Source of the DNA: Lepidodermella squamata
Lineage: Eukaryota > Animalia > Gastrotricha
Direction: 5' to 3'
Assembly: GCA_047495785.1 (NCBI GenBank)
Contig: JBLDXI010000042.1
Location: 496,001-560,000, forward strand
DNA: 64,000 bases
The position numbers were made by a program, and so were the translations under genes. A model generated the notes under the pieces. It was not told where the DNA came from. It saw only the letters and a program-made list of their open reading frames with translations, and made no database searches. Positions 38,185 to 52,637 of this stretch are shown here, one piece after another; position 1 is the stretch's first letter; every line of letters begins with the position of its first letter.

Positions 38185-38422
38185 CCCAGTCGAAAAAAAG
38201 TAGACCATGGCTGGATCTAAATTTGACACTGGGATAGATCGTATGGGTTCGACCCTACGTAGATCCAGTGGTAAAATTTGGACCTACACAGGATTGATGC
38301 CCGTAGATCCAGTCTAATAGATCGACAATAGGTCAGAAAAAACAGCTATTTCAGACGAATATTTTGCCTTTTGGATCTACCTACGATCTACTGAGCTCTC
38401 GGTCTACTGATTTTCGTCTGGG
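38185..38422. mobile_element. 238-bp MITE with CCCAG termini and 2-bp TSD (CACTA-like)
   Basis: Imperfect 22-bp TIR, AG TSD; a second copy lies inverted at 50511-50747. Confidence 0.9.
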
Positions 38423-41400
38423 AGCTGCGGATACTTGTCTTCGAGGGTTTTGGAGGATTTGGAAACGGATTGCCATGGCTGTTATAAAAGTGTGACTGGT
38501 GAGGGATCAGACGTATCAATTCTAATGATTGCACTAAAATCATACGATCCTGATCGACAGCTTCTTACAGTGCCATCTCGAGCAGTCTACTTGCTAACGT
38601 CGAGAGCCTTCAAAATTTTCGAAATTTACAAGTCCTACATTTTGAGACACCCGAAGCCTGCAGCTGTTGCTGCTGCCCTGATTTTGAGGGAAGTTGTAGA
38701 CGACCAAAGGATACGTTTTTGCGCGAGCATCGAGAATGTTGGTTCGCAAATCATACCAAAGTTGATTTTCAGGTCGAAAAACAGCCGACAAGCCGAAGAA
38801 AGGCGCCGCAATTTCAAGGGAAAGAATGAGCAGAAAATGCTTTTCGCTAGTTCAGTTGTTCGAACAGCATTTTTTATGTTTCCTTCTCTTCTGGGTGAAA
38901 AAATAAATGAGAGTTTCCGGTAGCATTCGTCATTTGTGTTCGGTAGCGTAAGATTAAAGCTTTGTCATTAATCGTTCGGTTAATATTGGGACACAACGGT
39001 TAACCAAGAAGTAGAGACCATTTTTTCTCGAAGCTTTGATTTCGAAGTTCCTTTGTTGGCAGGTCAGAGTATATAGCTTTCATGATATGCAGAGATATAG
39101 GAGGAGAGTGAATAATAAGAAAAAATAAGTAATGAATAGTTGTTGGGAAGCATCAAAAGCGCACTATTTTGCTTCCCAACATCGCTTGATAAATATTTTG
39201 ATATCAAAAGAAGCGTCAGAAGCTGATCTATCTTTTTTGATACATTTGCGACCTTGTGTCATTCAAAGTCACAATAAAATGTGACCTAATAGTGACATAT
39301 TTCGTTGAGAATAATTATTGAACTTAAACACCTTATAACAGACGGACCGTAATTTCCCAAGAAAATTGATTGATATTTTAAAGGAAATTTGAAGGTGAGC
39401 AGAAACGGTACTGCTTTGGAAAAATTTATCAACCGCTGCTATTTTAAAATGGCCGGGAAAAGTGAGGATTTTAGGTACAAAATGCATGTAAAACAACCTT
39501 CAAATCCATGAAAAAATCCTCCTAAATGCCAATTTTCCCTATTTTTGCTCTTGAATTCAAACTTCATGTTTTTACCAACTATGATTTATAGCACTCTGAT
39601 CACTACGTTCTCTATGATAAGCCCGATCTGATCCAGTCATGAAGCGTACTATAGGACGACGCTATATGAGTAGCACTATTGTTTTGCCACTGTTATTTGC
39701 TGTTAAATTATTATAGTATAGTATTTATAAGTCGCCGCACTGTCTTCTAGTGACTGTTTTTACAGTAACTAGTCTCTAGTGACTCTTTTTCAGTAACTGC
39801 ATTTTTTGTCATTTATGGCGAATTATTTTGTAAGGGAGAAAAAATATCGATTCCTCTAATACGACTTCTTGAGCTAGAATGCTTTGTCAAGAAGCAAATG
39901 GAAATATACAAATGTATTTTTGAATTCCTGCGGATGATCTTTCGATAAACCCTTAACTGCCTCAATGTTTATCGTTACGCCAAGCGCCAAGTCAAACGCA
40001 TGATTTTCAAACAAAAGACGCAGATAAGATTTGTTTGAATCTGCATATGTAGTCAGGTTGCAGGCTGTACACTACTGCACTGATTTTCTTTTAAGAAAAA
40101 TGGTAAAACTCGCAGTAATAAGTAATAAGTTAAATAAGGCAGTAATTATCGTCTGTAGCCTTCGAGTACCTGTTTATATTTCCATTCATGGCGATACAAA
40201 TTACCGGAAAAATTGAGCGATCGATGTAACTAGTATCGGGTGATTGCATAATATGGACTCTACGAATCATGTGGCTTATTTACCGTCATAATCTTTGTTG
40301 GTATATTTCAAGTCAGTATCAGATATTCAACGCATAGTTCTTGTTTTACTTTTCCTCCGCCTTGATGTAATCACTCGACTCATCGGCCTCACTTCACTAT
40401 CCAGGCCTCCGTAGACAGTAAACTTCTTAAAACCTCATTTTCACTTGTCAAAGGTTTTCCCCGGGGGGCAATATTTAATATTCCCAGGGGAATTCATTTT
40501 CAAGGTAATTATAGCTCAAAATTTCAAATTAGCAAAAAAATTGCACCCAAGGGTGCATTAAGGGTGGGGCTGTGTTCGATGACAGCCCCAATCACACACA
40601 GCGTGTCTCGTAAGTCGCGCAACCGACCGGGATTGTGAAAAAGATTTAGTTCCTGAAAAAGCTTATTCTTGAGTAGTTCTTGAGTAATGACTTCTTGATT
40701 AAGCTTATTAATTGTTGGCAATATCCAACGAGGAATTAAGTGAGTAATCTCAACATTGAAAACTTTGTGCCACTAAATACCGTTAATGCTCTGAAGAGAA
40801 ACATACCAACGGAGTTTAGTGACTTCGATTTGATCTTAAAAAGGAAATGGTACGGTTGCGCAGCCTTATGAGACACGCCTAGACGGTTTGCTTACAGCTT
40901 CACTTTAGTAAAATCGTTGCGGTAACCAGCTGTCAGCTGACAATAACAACTAATTTCCAAGCGGCAGATATTCATTAGCTTAAATAGAATCTCGAATGTT
41001 ACTGCTTTTGTATAATAAAAATTAAACTGTTTGTTCGCTGAATTTAATTGAATTGCAGATGAAAATACTATGAAACTGTGCCATTAGATCGACGACGTAT
41101 TGAGAGTAAAATGATCGCGACGAGAAAATAATGCCATAAGAAAATAAGGCTTTTGCTAATTCGATTATTTTTTTTAACACATGTAGGCCATGCTTATATC
41201 AGCGAAGACTAGCGGACTTTTTAGGGTCGTCACCAAGGCGATCAATACAGATCACCTGGGGCTGGGTTATCTTCAGCATGATGCATGTTTGGATTGTTCT
41301 TTTTTTGAAATGCGCTTCTCAAGCGCTCAGCTGACAAAGTTTATTGCAAGCCTTAGCGGACTTTTTAGGGTCGTCGCTCAACTATTCAAATCAGAACAGC

Positions 41401-43084
41401 CGGGGCTAAGAGTGCTTGCTGCATAAAACTATTGTCTTAGTACAGAAAAAATTACGAAAAGACAAAATAAAGCTGGCTTTTTGGCAGCGAATATTGTTAT
41501 TAATCCTCAACGACACTATTTTCTTAAGTCGCGAACATCTATCAGAGAAATATCTGAAATTTTGAAGGCGTTCAGCAATAGTCAGTTTAATAGAGGCATT
41601 TGCTATTCAAGCTATTCAGCTAATTTTTGAACAATTTTTTGTGAATGCAGATCTTAGATGGGTAAAGGCACCTCAGTGAGGGTGAACAGCTGTTATCAAC
41701 ACGTAACAAGTAATATCAACAGATCCTGATTGATTATGCCAAGACATCTACCGCTTGTCTATGATTTCAGATAAACTTAAATGGCTATGTAGGACGATGA
41801 TGGCTAAGATAATATCGCTAAGATATCGACTGTATCCCAATTTACATATTATTTACATTTTTCAATCCACGCGCATTTTTTTATTTCCAATCTGCCAAGA
41901 AACTGCACTATTTGCCTTTTTCTAATAAAAAATGCCCACAGTGGATCTATTTGTATACTATTTGCGAAAATCGTCGAGGCCACTAAGCTGATGAGCCGTA
42001 ATGACTAATATTCAAGCCTGCCAATGACCGCTTTTCAACGATAACATGTGGCCAATAGAAAATAATGGTTGATGGTAATTAACTTATTGATGGAAGAGAG
42101 TTCTAGAATAGAAATCACTGGCGTAGAACTGCAAAATCGTAACGCGCTGTAAAACCGCCGGTAGTGACGAGTGACGAAGCATAGGGTGAATTTTTCCCCA
42201 GGTCGGCAGTCACCTCAAAGATCCGGATGATTCCACCGAAAATGCGCGCTTCGAGGCGAATGGCCACCGTAATCCCTTTTACGGCAAGGAGGCAACTGCC
42301 GCGGATTTGGAAATGATCTGCATTTGCGCCTTTCTTCATGGCGAAGCCTCTGGCGTGCAGTTCTTGCATGCGCTGTTGCTGACCTATCGATAGCCAGCGT
42401 CTGATCCCAAGAAGGGCTAGGAAGATCTTTCCAATCGCTTCGATAGGTAAAGGGAGCTGACAACCCAGCTCATCACGCGGACCAGACGATGTTCTTCGTT
42501 TGCCACAAAGCTCGATTTACGAGTATCGGCGTTTTCGATCGATTTTTATGTTTTTGCTCTTCTGTTGTCAGTCACAGAAAATGGTCCCCTATTTCTATCA
42601 ACCTTCTTCACTTCAACATAGTGTGAAAAAGTCTATTATCTGGCCTTTGCCCACCACTTCTGCTTTATTTACATAAGCATACAACATCACGAATATAGAT
42701 AAATTATTTATGTGGAAGCATAATAATTTCAATCATAATAATTCAAAAAATTAAGGCAACCATACACCTACGCGTTTCGGCTTTTATCGCCATCTTCAGG
42801 GTCTAGCAAAGAAATTCACAACATAAATTAAGCTAATTTCAGATGTCAACAATCAGTACGAGCCAAACAATCAGGCAAAACGCGCTGTATGGTTCCTTGG
42901 CCTTATTTTTTTGAAGTATTATCTACTATGATATCGCTATACCATCAACAAATAAAATCAGAGCTTCAAATGTCAATCATATCAAGTGACGACACGACAT
43001 TTCATAACAAATCCACACATGACATAAAACTTACAACATGCAGGGAAGGGCGCTTGTCAGAAGCAAACTGAAGCAGAGTAGAGA

Positions 43085-43933
43085 TTAAAAATTGCAGTCA
43101 TCCATCATTGCCTTAGCTATTTTAACAATTATATCATCGTCACCCAGGTCTATGGCTATATCCAAAGGAGTCAACATGCTTTTGTTGCAGATAAAGAACG
43201 CAGTTGGTTCAAGCTCTCTGACGAGCTGAATCATGGTCAGTTTGTAGCCCTTGCTTTCATCAGCATCAGCAATACACTTGTGCTGCATCGAATTGCCGTT
43301 TTCATCAGTTTCGGAGAGAGTGACGCCGCTCTGCTGTAAAAGGCTGACTATCTCTGTTGAGGTGCAATATTTCGTTAATGGTTTCGATATTCGGGGGTCG
43401 ACTCCGAACTCATTCAGCAAACATTTCAATATGGCGGGATGTTGCATCGAGCAAGCAATGTCAATTGCTGTAAACCCGCAATCAGTAGTAGCCATAGAGC
43501 TAGTTTTAGGATCTGGTGCCCATGGCGTTTACAGCCTTAGTCAGGAGTAGGAACTCTATCCTAAAACTAGCTCTATGGTAGTAGCGTAAGCCAATTCAGG
43601 CGCCTTCTTGAAGAAATAGCGCACGCCTTTGACAGAGTCTATTTCGCACATCGCATGAAGAAACGTTGCATTGTGATGGGGATGTCTCTCGTGCAAATCG
43701 GCGCCATGCTCTATGAGATAATCAGCAATATTTAGAGACCCAGAATAAAGAGCAGCCTCCAGAGGAGATGTGTTACAACGTGGCGGTGCTGGAGGTCGTT
43801 TGTTTACATCCGCAGCACACTCCTCAACTAAAAACCGGACAATTTCTAGCGATAGCACCTCCCCTACTTCGTCCTCAGAAGATACTTCCAGAACCAGCAA
43901 CAGAGGCGTCTTATAATAGGGGGATAGTATCAA
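43085..43933 (-). pseudogene. Ankyrin-repeat protein exon disrupted by an 85-bp MITE
   Basis: TPL, SPLEAALYSGSLNIADYLIEHGAD, TFLH, TAIDIA and TPLDIA ankyrin motifs; removing MITE plus TSD restores YATTDCG in frame. Confidence 0.85.
43493..43577. mobile_element. 85-bp P-superfamily-like MITE
   Basis: Perfect TIR CATAGAGCTAGTTTTAGGAT; perfect 8-bp TSD GTAGTAGC. Confidence 0.92.
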
Positions 43934-44159
43934 GTTGTTTGTTGTTAGTGTTTTATTGTTTTATTGTTTTATGGTTTTATTGTTTTGTTTTATTGTTGTT
44001 AGTGTGAAAATGAAATGCCCCCTAGGAACAATAGAACCAATAGCACGTTTCGGTGGGAAAATTGGGCCATGACAAGCGAAGACGAACGTAGACAAAATGT
44101 CAGTCAAATGTGATGGCTCAGGAATATATGCGGTATTGCAATTAGGGATATGGTGAGAA

Positions 44160-44690
44160 ATGACGCGATTAGGACGTGATGTGGGACTGAACAATTATCG
44201 ACCAAAATAGCCAGACAGCAATTAAGACAGCGGCGTAACTAGGTCTACCAAACTGGTGGGGCCAGCCTTGGGGTCAGCACATCTTTCCTACGTATTTGCG
44301 GCCCCGAATTTTTCAGACCAAAGGGTCCCCCCTGTGGTACCCTGAGGGTATTTTTCCAGCTGGTGGGGCCGGTGCCCCCCCTGGCCCCCCCCCCCCCCCT
44401 TAGTTACGCCCCTGAATTAAGATGGCACGGCCATGTGGCTCGCATGGATCCCGGACGCCTGAGACGCCAGGTTCGTTACTGGGAAGGTCCCGAACGTCCT
44501 AAGGGAAGACCTAAATTAAGGTGGACAGACTGTGTTAGGAAACATGTGGGACGGTTGGGTATAAAATCGATCGAGGAGGTGGACAGTCTAGCCTCTAGCC
44601 CAAATAGAATTGAATGGCGGGCTAAAATTCATAGTTTAGGCCATTTAACTTCTTCGTCTCGGGACTTCAGGGTTCAGGGATTTCTTTCTT
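44160..44690 (+). mobile_element. RTE-clade LINE 3' fragment interrupted by a hAT MITE (44228-44414)
   Basis: QQLR|WHGHVARM...RPKGRPKLRWTD; MITE ends CAGCGGCGTAACT...AGTTACGCCCCTG with perfect TSD AATTAAGA. Confidence 0.85.
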
Positions 44691-45194
44691 GATTTTCGAT
44701 TCAGATGATTTTGGGCTGACTAGGATCGGTCTCCGACTGGTCCTCCTCCGACACGCGCCATGCTTGGCTCGTTACCACAGTAACGGACGCGGCATGGCGT
44801 GTACCCGTAGTGATTTTTATTCCTTATAGCACCAGCGACTATGGTTTGATTTGATTTGATTTCTTTAGTTAATCACAGGTCCTTTTAAATCAATCAATTC
44901 AAATCAAATCCCTCAAAACTCCATGGTAAATCAATCAAATGAAATCATCGAACCCCCCAAATCAAATCAAATCAAATTTTTAGAAAAACCTGCATTTTTG
45001 GGTTTTCCTTGGACTCCTGCACAATTTGATTTGGGTTTTGGCAGGACAGGTCTAAAGGCTGTTTAATGGCCCCGGCGTTATGGAAAAAAATATTTTCGAT
45101 GCAAATGTTACATAGTTCTTGTGTTCGTTCGTAACAGGAGGAATTCTGAGAGTTGAGAAAACTCTAAATCAGCAGTAAATCACGGGGGCTAAAT

Positions 45195-45701
45195 CAGGGG
45201 TTCTCAAACTTTTTCGCGGCGGTGCCCCCATTTGGGGCACTCGACCAAGGCCGCGTGCCCCACTATTAAATCCATCTAAAAACGCAGATATCTCTTTTTC
45301 CTCATTGTGGAAAAACATGTAATCGGCTTCCCACTTTGGATTGAAGTGATAGATCTTCTTCTTTGGGGCTTACTTAGATTTTTTCGTGACAGGAGTTCCA
45401 ACTTCAGACTCGGAAGCAGAATCATCGCCGTCATCTTCCGAGTCATCTTGACCAGAACCCGGTGCGACTGGTTTAAAATAGAGCGTAATGTTGACTGAGG
45501 CGTAGCCAGGATTCATTTTTGGGGGTGATAATTTTTTTACCTGTGGTTTCGAAATTTTCCGGGTCGAAAAAACCGGGTCGAAAAAACTAAGAAAACTGGA
45601 AACGGACAAAAATGGGCCGGCGTGCCCCAAGTCGCACGCATTCCCCGTCGGCCCTTCAAAATGCCCCAAGTCGCACGCGTGCCCCAGTTTGAGAACCCCT
45701 G
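45195..45701. mobile_element. Non-autonomous hAT (Buster/Charlie-type) element nested in a (GATTT)n-rich repeat
   Basis: TIR CAGGGGTTCTCAAACT; perfect TSD GGCTAAAT. Confidence 0.92.
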
Positions 45702-46278
45702 GGCTAAATCAAAATCTAGTCAAATCATTTAAAAAATTCTTCAATCAAATCATCAAAAAATGGCCTGAATCAAATCAAATCAAATCAATGTCTCTGTTTA
45801 GCACACTCTTGTTGTTTTTGTTGTGTTTTGTATCTCTTTTTTAACTGTGCTAAAAGAATAGAGAACATTTAATGTAATGTAATGTAACATAGCCATGACC
45901 ATTTTGAATGCATAACGAGGCATTGATTTATCCTTGAAACGACGTCTAGAAAAAGTATCAGCAGTAGACACCGCAACAACCCAGAACCCAGCACATTTAA
46001 TTACTATTATTTATTCGTGCTAGTAATACATACTAGGGTAAATAGAGTGGCTCTGTTTTTATCTATACTAATGAAATGATTTGTTGCTTCCATTTACATA
46101 ATATAAACGAGCTGAATAATAGCGATCCTCACATAAATTGATATTTTAAGCATTGCATGACAAAGACAGTGGACATAACAAGCTGAAGAGCAAATGCATG
46201 ATTTAAACTGTCATTTCATCTTATCTTACGGTCATTTCAAAATAATTAATCACGAGTTAATCACGACAAGTTACATAA

Positions 46279-46808
46279 TCATACAAACTGATCGCATAAT
46301 GCTGTCGTTAGAGCTTCGCATAGTCTAGAAGAGAAATAGAAACCAGCGATAGGGACACCTTGGGAAGCTGAAAACGTAAAGAGGCTAATACAGTCATAAA
46401 AAAGCTTGTCAGGCGACAATTCCGGGTTTGCCCATTGACTGGGGTCGAAAATGTAAGGAGAGCCATCGTCCCATTTCATCTCGCCGTTTATCCGCTTAGG
46501 GCCCAACCAAGCGGCGGATGAACTTGAACTGTCCAGCAACTTTCTAGCATCGGCCAGCTCAGCGTTCGACCTTATCGTCGCTAACGTGAGGTTCAGGGCT
46601 AAGCGCTCATTCACTGCTTCGTTTCTTTTCAGGCCTTTTTTTAACGTGGATGAACTTCTTGGTCACGTTTTTGCACGCGTTCTCGTCCGCATACGTCGCA
46701 TTAGGTGGAATTCGCAGTAGAGTTGCTGCATCACAGCCAGTCGACTGTGCCACGCATTGAACTGAGTTGTCACTCTTCGAAACGCATCGATAATACCCGG
46801 TAGGTTGC
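46279..46808 (-). pseudogene. C-type lectin domain exon, frameshifted
   Basis: LATIRS..E, WLG, WDDGS, W..PE, C...C...LC; frameshift in the homopolymer run near 46636-46642; the first CTLD Cys appears as Arg. Confidence 0.75.
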
Positions 46809-47929
46809 TAGTTAAATAAAATTCAATAGTACATTCCACCTTCTACTTTACCTCGAGATATTGGGTTAGAAATTCTGAAATTGAGATCACTTAATTTTAA
46901 ATTTTTTTACGCTGATATATTCTCCATCGAAATCGATAATCGATAGTCGTCACTTTTTCAAAGCGTGAGGAATTTAATGTAAAAAGACTGGTGTTCCCCT
47001 GTCTCATAAGACTAACAAGTCAACATATACCCAGTGGATTTGGACTTGATTTGATTTAGACCCTATTTCGCTCATTTAGATTCATGATGATTGGTTTAGG
47101 CGTGGCGGCCTTTTGATTTGATTCATTTCGATTTACCGTGAGGGACACAATCGGAAAACTTGAAATAATGGATGTCGATAAATTAGGGTCTTTCCACCTT
47201 TTTTGGCAAAATTCCCTTTTGGAGATGGATGTAAGTTTCAAATTCGCGTTATTTTATCCATTGCTTGAATTTTCTAAGCCCCAGATTGGGAAAAATCCTG
47301 ATTTTTCGTGATTTATTGTACAATTCATTGGTATGAATGATTTGATTTGGTTGATTTAGTTGCGTAAAAGTGGGACATTGATTTATTTTGATTGATTGAA
47401 AGACAAGGCCATAGATAACAAAAAATCAAATCCAAACGCTACGCATGTAGTACCCCTATGTGGTGTTTACATAATCTAACATAATACCGGACAGATTGAT
47501 TTGTTAAGGAGGATCCCGAGACATAATTTCGGGTAGACTGCTTGCCACCCAGCCCGGAAAATCAAGGGAAGGAGGCGCAACTGATGAAAAATAAACATAT
47601 CGCAGCCGCTTTTTAACGAAACGGAAAAGTTCGCACGATATTTTTCCTATTTTTCCCGAGAATGAAAAATATTTGCTGAAAAATTCGATCGCGCTCAATT
47701 GTTCATTTCGCAGTCTCTATTGTGAGATTTTCTCAATATCGGTAAAAAGTGGCTGCGATATGAATCCGTGTCCACGCACACAGAAGCGAGAAATTAACCT
47801 CTCCATATGATTGAAGCTAAAATACAATACATTTTTGACGAATTTAAAGTGTTAAACATCCCCAAAAGAAATCCTGAAAGTGGTCTCCCGTCACAAATTT
47901 TCTGTAATACATGCAACTTTCAACATCAC

Positions 47930-49225
47930 AAAATTTTGGCATGAAATCAAACGAATCCGAGGCGAAGGAAGAAGTAAAGGTGAACCAGACCCACTCGAAA
48001 AATCGGATGGCTCGCTAACGGACAGTATTGACGAAATCTTGGAATTGATGAAAAGTTATTTCATGGAGCTCTTAGAGGGACTAGAGAAACAACCTGATGA
48101 CCCTGATCCTGAACCCGAACCACCCGATTTAACTAATCTCACCGAAATTACCCAGGCTGAAATTGAGGGAGCTATTGATCACATGAAAAACGGGAAGGCC
48201 CCGGGTATTGACGAAATTAGACCTGAGATGATCAAAGCTTTGTCAGAAGCAAATATCAAATGGTTAGGTGAAATTTTAAATCAAGCCTGGCGGGAAAAGA
48301 AGGTCCCCGAGGAATGGTCCACCGCCCTTATTACTCCGATTTATAAAAATAAGGGTGAAAAATCCAAGTGTCAAAATTATCGAGGCATCAGTCTGCTTTC
48401 TGTTGTAGGTAAACTTTATGCTGTTATCTTCGAAAGAAAACTAAGGTCTTTGATTGGATCGAAAATCTCCAAATTACAATTCGGATTTCAGCCTCTTAAA
48501 GGCCTATAGCGCCGGCGTGCCTATAGCGCCGGCCGGCGGAGGGCCTATGTAAATAAAACTACGACATGCTAAAGGCACCCGTGAGTGTATTTTTGTTCTT
48601 AGACAAATAATTGAAAAAATTATTTTCTTTCGCAAAGAACTTCATCTTGTCTTCATTGACCTCGAAAAAGCCTATGATCTGGTTGATAGGGAAAAGGTTT
48701 GGACAGCCTTGGAAAACATGGGTGTTGAAACTAGCCTTATTGACGCGATTAAGAGTCTATATAAAGTAAATAAAGTTGCGGTAAAAGTGGATTCTGAGGT
48801 CTCCGATTTTTTCTATGTAACTAGGGGTCTAAGGCAAGGCTGCCCGCTGTCCCCTCTGCTTTTCATTGCTACTTTTAACAAAATTTGCGAAAAATTATAC
48901 GACACAAAATTTGGCTTCCCTATGAACAACGGTGATTATCTAAATTTATTAGCTTTCGCCGATGATGGAACTCTCCTAGGCATGAACCATGACGAAAATA
49001 AGCGCCTTCTAGAAATTTTTGACATGGCATGCGAAGAATTAGGATTGAAAATTAACGTGGCAAAAACTCAATACATGATCATTTCCAGGGACGATGCTGC
49101 AGTAAGAAATTATGAACTAGAGCTGCGCGGATCGAAACTGGAAAAGGTTTCCAAATTGAAATACTTAGGTAGCATTATAACCAGCGACGGTCGCATTGAC
49201 GAAGAATTTCAACGAAGAATGATAA
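47930..49225 (+). mobile_element. RTE-like LINE reverse transcriptase fragment with an ~80-bp insertion at ~48500-48577
   Basis: KAPGIDEI, NYRGISLLS, QFGF, FIDLEKAYD, GLRQGCPLSPLLF, FADD, KYLGS; the insertion is flanked by TAAAGGC. Confidence 0.92.
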
Positions 49226-50510
49226 TCTAATGGTATTCAGGTCGCGGCGGAAATTAATCCATGGATTTGGGTCAATTTTGCTGGTCGAAGACTCGCCGAG
49301 AAACCAGTCATTGTGGCGTCTAATGATGCTACGGCTAGTCGCTGAATTTCTGCGTTGTCGCTCAAAACCGCGAATCAGGAGGGAAACCCGGATCTGCATC
49401 GCGACAGCTGCCAGCAAGAGATTTCGACGACCTCGTTTTCGCCTCATTTCGCCTCATTTTGTCAAATTTGTTTCTTTGCACGTGAAATTGCTTTTAAATA
49501 AAATTGAGGTTTTCGCTCTTTCTGTGACGTTCCTACGGTTCTCGAGATTCACGTTTCGCGTTTCATGGGGGTTTTGAGGCTAATTCTGAGCAAAATGCTG
49601 CCCAAATTTGTGGTAGTTTCAAGCCATAGAGAAATATTTCTAACCATGGAGAAACATGTTTCTCCATGGCAAAATTTAACCATTCGCATGTGGGAATAAG
49701 ATCAATCGCCTCGCGCACAACCTGCATTTGTCCTTCTGGGCTTTTATCGAGTAGATTATCGGCGAAGAAACTGATGCACGTATGAGCATGTCAACAAAAA
49801 GTTGGCCAAATTAGCAACCTTGTTAGTTAGTTGCTCGAAAAGAAACTTAGTGTTATTGAGTACTTGGATGGCGTTGCCATTATTCTCGCGTCCTTTAATA
49901 CAATTTACTAAATAAATTCATATAATGTGCGCTTTATTATTAATAATTCGGCTGTGCGGAAAGGAGAATGCGCAACTGGGACTACTTACCCTATCAGCTC
50001 GTGCGAAAAGGGGAATGCGTAAGTGGGAATACACCCTCCAAACTAGGGGCTCATTTCCCTTTCTTTGCACATTCAATAAAATTAATACGTATATAACTGA
50101 AGGTTTAGACTTTAATCTCGAGGCTTGATATTAAGCCAAGATGGCGACTCTTATTTCATACATCTGATGAAAACAGCTGATAGCTCTTCTTGTTAGAGAT
50201 TCTTCAATTTCTCCCTTGTTTCAGAGTATGACCTCAACAGCTTGCCTTTCTCGCGCCTCACTTCTTTTTCCATTGCCCTTCTCCCTAGCGCCTCGGCATC
50301 CTACCACCAACGCTGCGCTGCGCCTCCATCAGGTTACCTTCTGCCTCTCGCCTCGGTCTCCGGTCTCTGGTGCTCTCCCGGATAAACAATTACAAATGAG
50401 CTGTGGACAATTGATGAGTCGTTTTAAATGCTCGCCCAAAACATCTGGGTAAATACAAGACTGGTAGATGGATGATTCATGCGAGATTGAATAGCAACCG
50501 CGTGGATGAT

Positions 50511-50747
50511 CCCAGACGAAAATCAGTAGACCGAGAGCTCAGTAGATCGTACGTAGATCCAAAAGGCAAAATATTCGTCTGAAATAGCTGTTTTTCTGAC
50601 CTATTGTCGATCTATTAGACTGGATCTACGGGCATCGATCCTGTGTAGGTCCAAATTTTACCACTGGATCTACGTAAGGTCGAACCCATACGATCTATCC
50701 CAGTGTCAAATTTAGATCCAGCCATGGTCTACTTTTTTTCGACTGGG
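50511..50747. mobile_element. Second copy of the CCCAG MITE
   Basis: Reverse complement of 38185-38422; AT TSD. Confidence 0.9.
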
Positions 50748-52637
50748 ATATAATATGCTTAGGAATGCCAACAAAAAGTTGAGTTAGTTGAGTGCATTGT
50801 CATCTGTCGCAGCTGAATTTTTGGACTTTGGACGAAAAGCGTAAGCCAAAGGACAATACAATTTTCTCTTTGTGCTTCACCAATTTCAGGTTGACATTTC
50901 CCGGGGCTGGGGTATCGTGACAACCCCGCACACCTATATTTCGCACCCCGATTCACGTTTATAAGCTTTCGAAGAACTATAGAAATTAATATATGAAATT
51001 GTGTTGGTGCATGATGAGAAGCAATGAGAAATTATGGTTCCAGGGACCTAACATGTTTCCCATAGTGCGGTGATTGAAGAATATGACCAGCTCAGAACAA
51101 GTTTCGCGCTCAAAAAAACCCAAAACCCAGAAACACATAGACTGTGGAAGGAAAAAGCTTCCGAGCCTTTCATCGAAATACCCGGACGTGGAGAAACCTC
51201 AGCATAGAGATTCATTCTGGGTAATTATATCACCACAGAACACAGTATCATGATGAGTATATGATATATGATTCGATATCATGAGGAGGCCATTGGGTTC
51301 AACCTCGAATTAAACCACGAAGCTAGCGGATGCTACAATTACAATTTTTCGACCGCTGTTCCTAACCCAACCCCAAGGTCCGAGAAACCTGTGAGATTAT
51401 TGAAGAAATCAACCCGTGGATTTTATTTATTCCATAGTATTCTCCCTCATATCACCACCCTCATATAGAATTTTCACATTTTACAGTCACAGTAGCCTAT
51501 CCACGTTTTCGTACCAGGTTGTAATTTTCAGTCAAATTGACGCTGGCGAACAGCGTTACGACAACAATAGCTGCCTGTCTGAAAAATCACTTACCGTACT
51601 GCCCGGAATAAAAACCATGACATTTGCTTTTTTTCAAACGCTGATGAACCCCTGACATTTAAAAGGGACTGACATTTATTTCGGGCCTGACATTCATTTA
51701 TTCGAACCAACTAGTAACTTGCCTAGGTACCATAATGGCAGACATTTTCCTGAGATTCTACGTATTTTGACCCAAAAAATGGTCCCTGACCTTTCTATGT
51801 GCCAAGAGTAGAAATTATCTCCATTCAGAATGGCTATAATGACCTCATTAGTGATCTTCAGTATTGTCCCCGCCATTGACCTGACATTTATTATTTCGAA
51901 CGACCTCTGGCATTTATTTGAGGCTGCCATTTATTCGAGGCTGACATTTTTTTCGGGCAGTACGGTAATTTTAGTTATGTTTAAAATTAAAGCCAATGCA
52001 AGCTTTGCCATGTAACGCGGGAATTGTATGTTTCTGATGAAAATTGAATATTAAGTATGAAGCGGATGGTTGATCGAAAAACTCCCTTCACCAGCTGATC
52101 AAACACTCAACAAGGAAATCGATGGTTTTTTCCTGGTTCGCGATGGTTCGCCTCTTGTGGCATTGAACGGCAAGCTTGTCAACTTGTTTACAAAAAAGTG
52201 TTGACCTAAAATAATGCTAAAAAAAGTGCTCTCAGCCAAGGCTCAGTGCGAAAATGCATAGGCCATTTGCATGGGAAATGTCTTTTCGCAATGAATGAAA
52301 GTGCAAAGTGCTATTCGATTTTAAAACTGCCGGTTTAAGGTTAACCATAGTTGTTACTGTTTTAATAGCTTTCACTTTATTTGATCAAAGGATCAAGGAT
52401 CCAGGCCGTTTTTCCTTATGAGATATCGAACCATGTCTCACTTGAAAGTGATATAGCTTTTCACTGCATTAGGGGGAATTGGAGCCACTATTGGCCCTAG
52501 CTAACGATACTAAGGACAGGGGCGTAACCTGGACCATTTTTGGTAGTCGTTAAGGATCTGAGAGTTAAATCTTCATTTTCCCCAAAGGAATGCAAGGTCG
52601 CCGATATCACCAGCTGGCTACGCCCTTGCTCATGGGC

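Larger units (their letters stand above)
36820..38830 (+). pseudogene. P-element/THAP9-like transposase remnant carrying two MITE insertions
   Basis: LTGDNHRAN, DQSHNIKQLRGH, MRVYLAEQMFS, DRCNSR, DDVTELLFGFLRSCGG, YSCGYL..CHGC, LTVPS. Confidence 0.85.

Noticed and set aside
42115-42530. Possible CUB-domain exon (ends VTTGGFTARY)
   Set aside because: Only a weak terminal resemblance; no other CUB motifs or clear splice sites.
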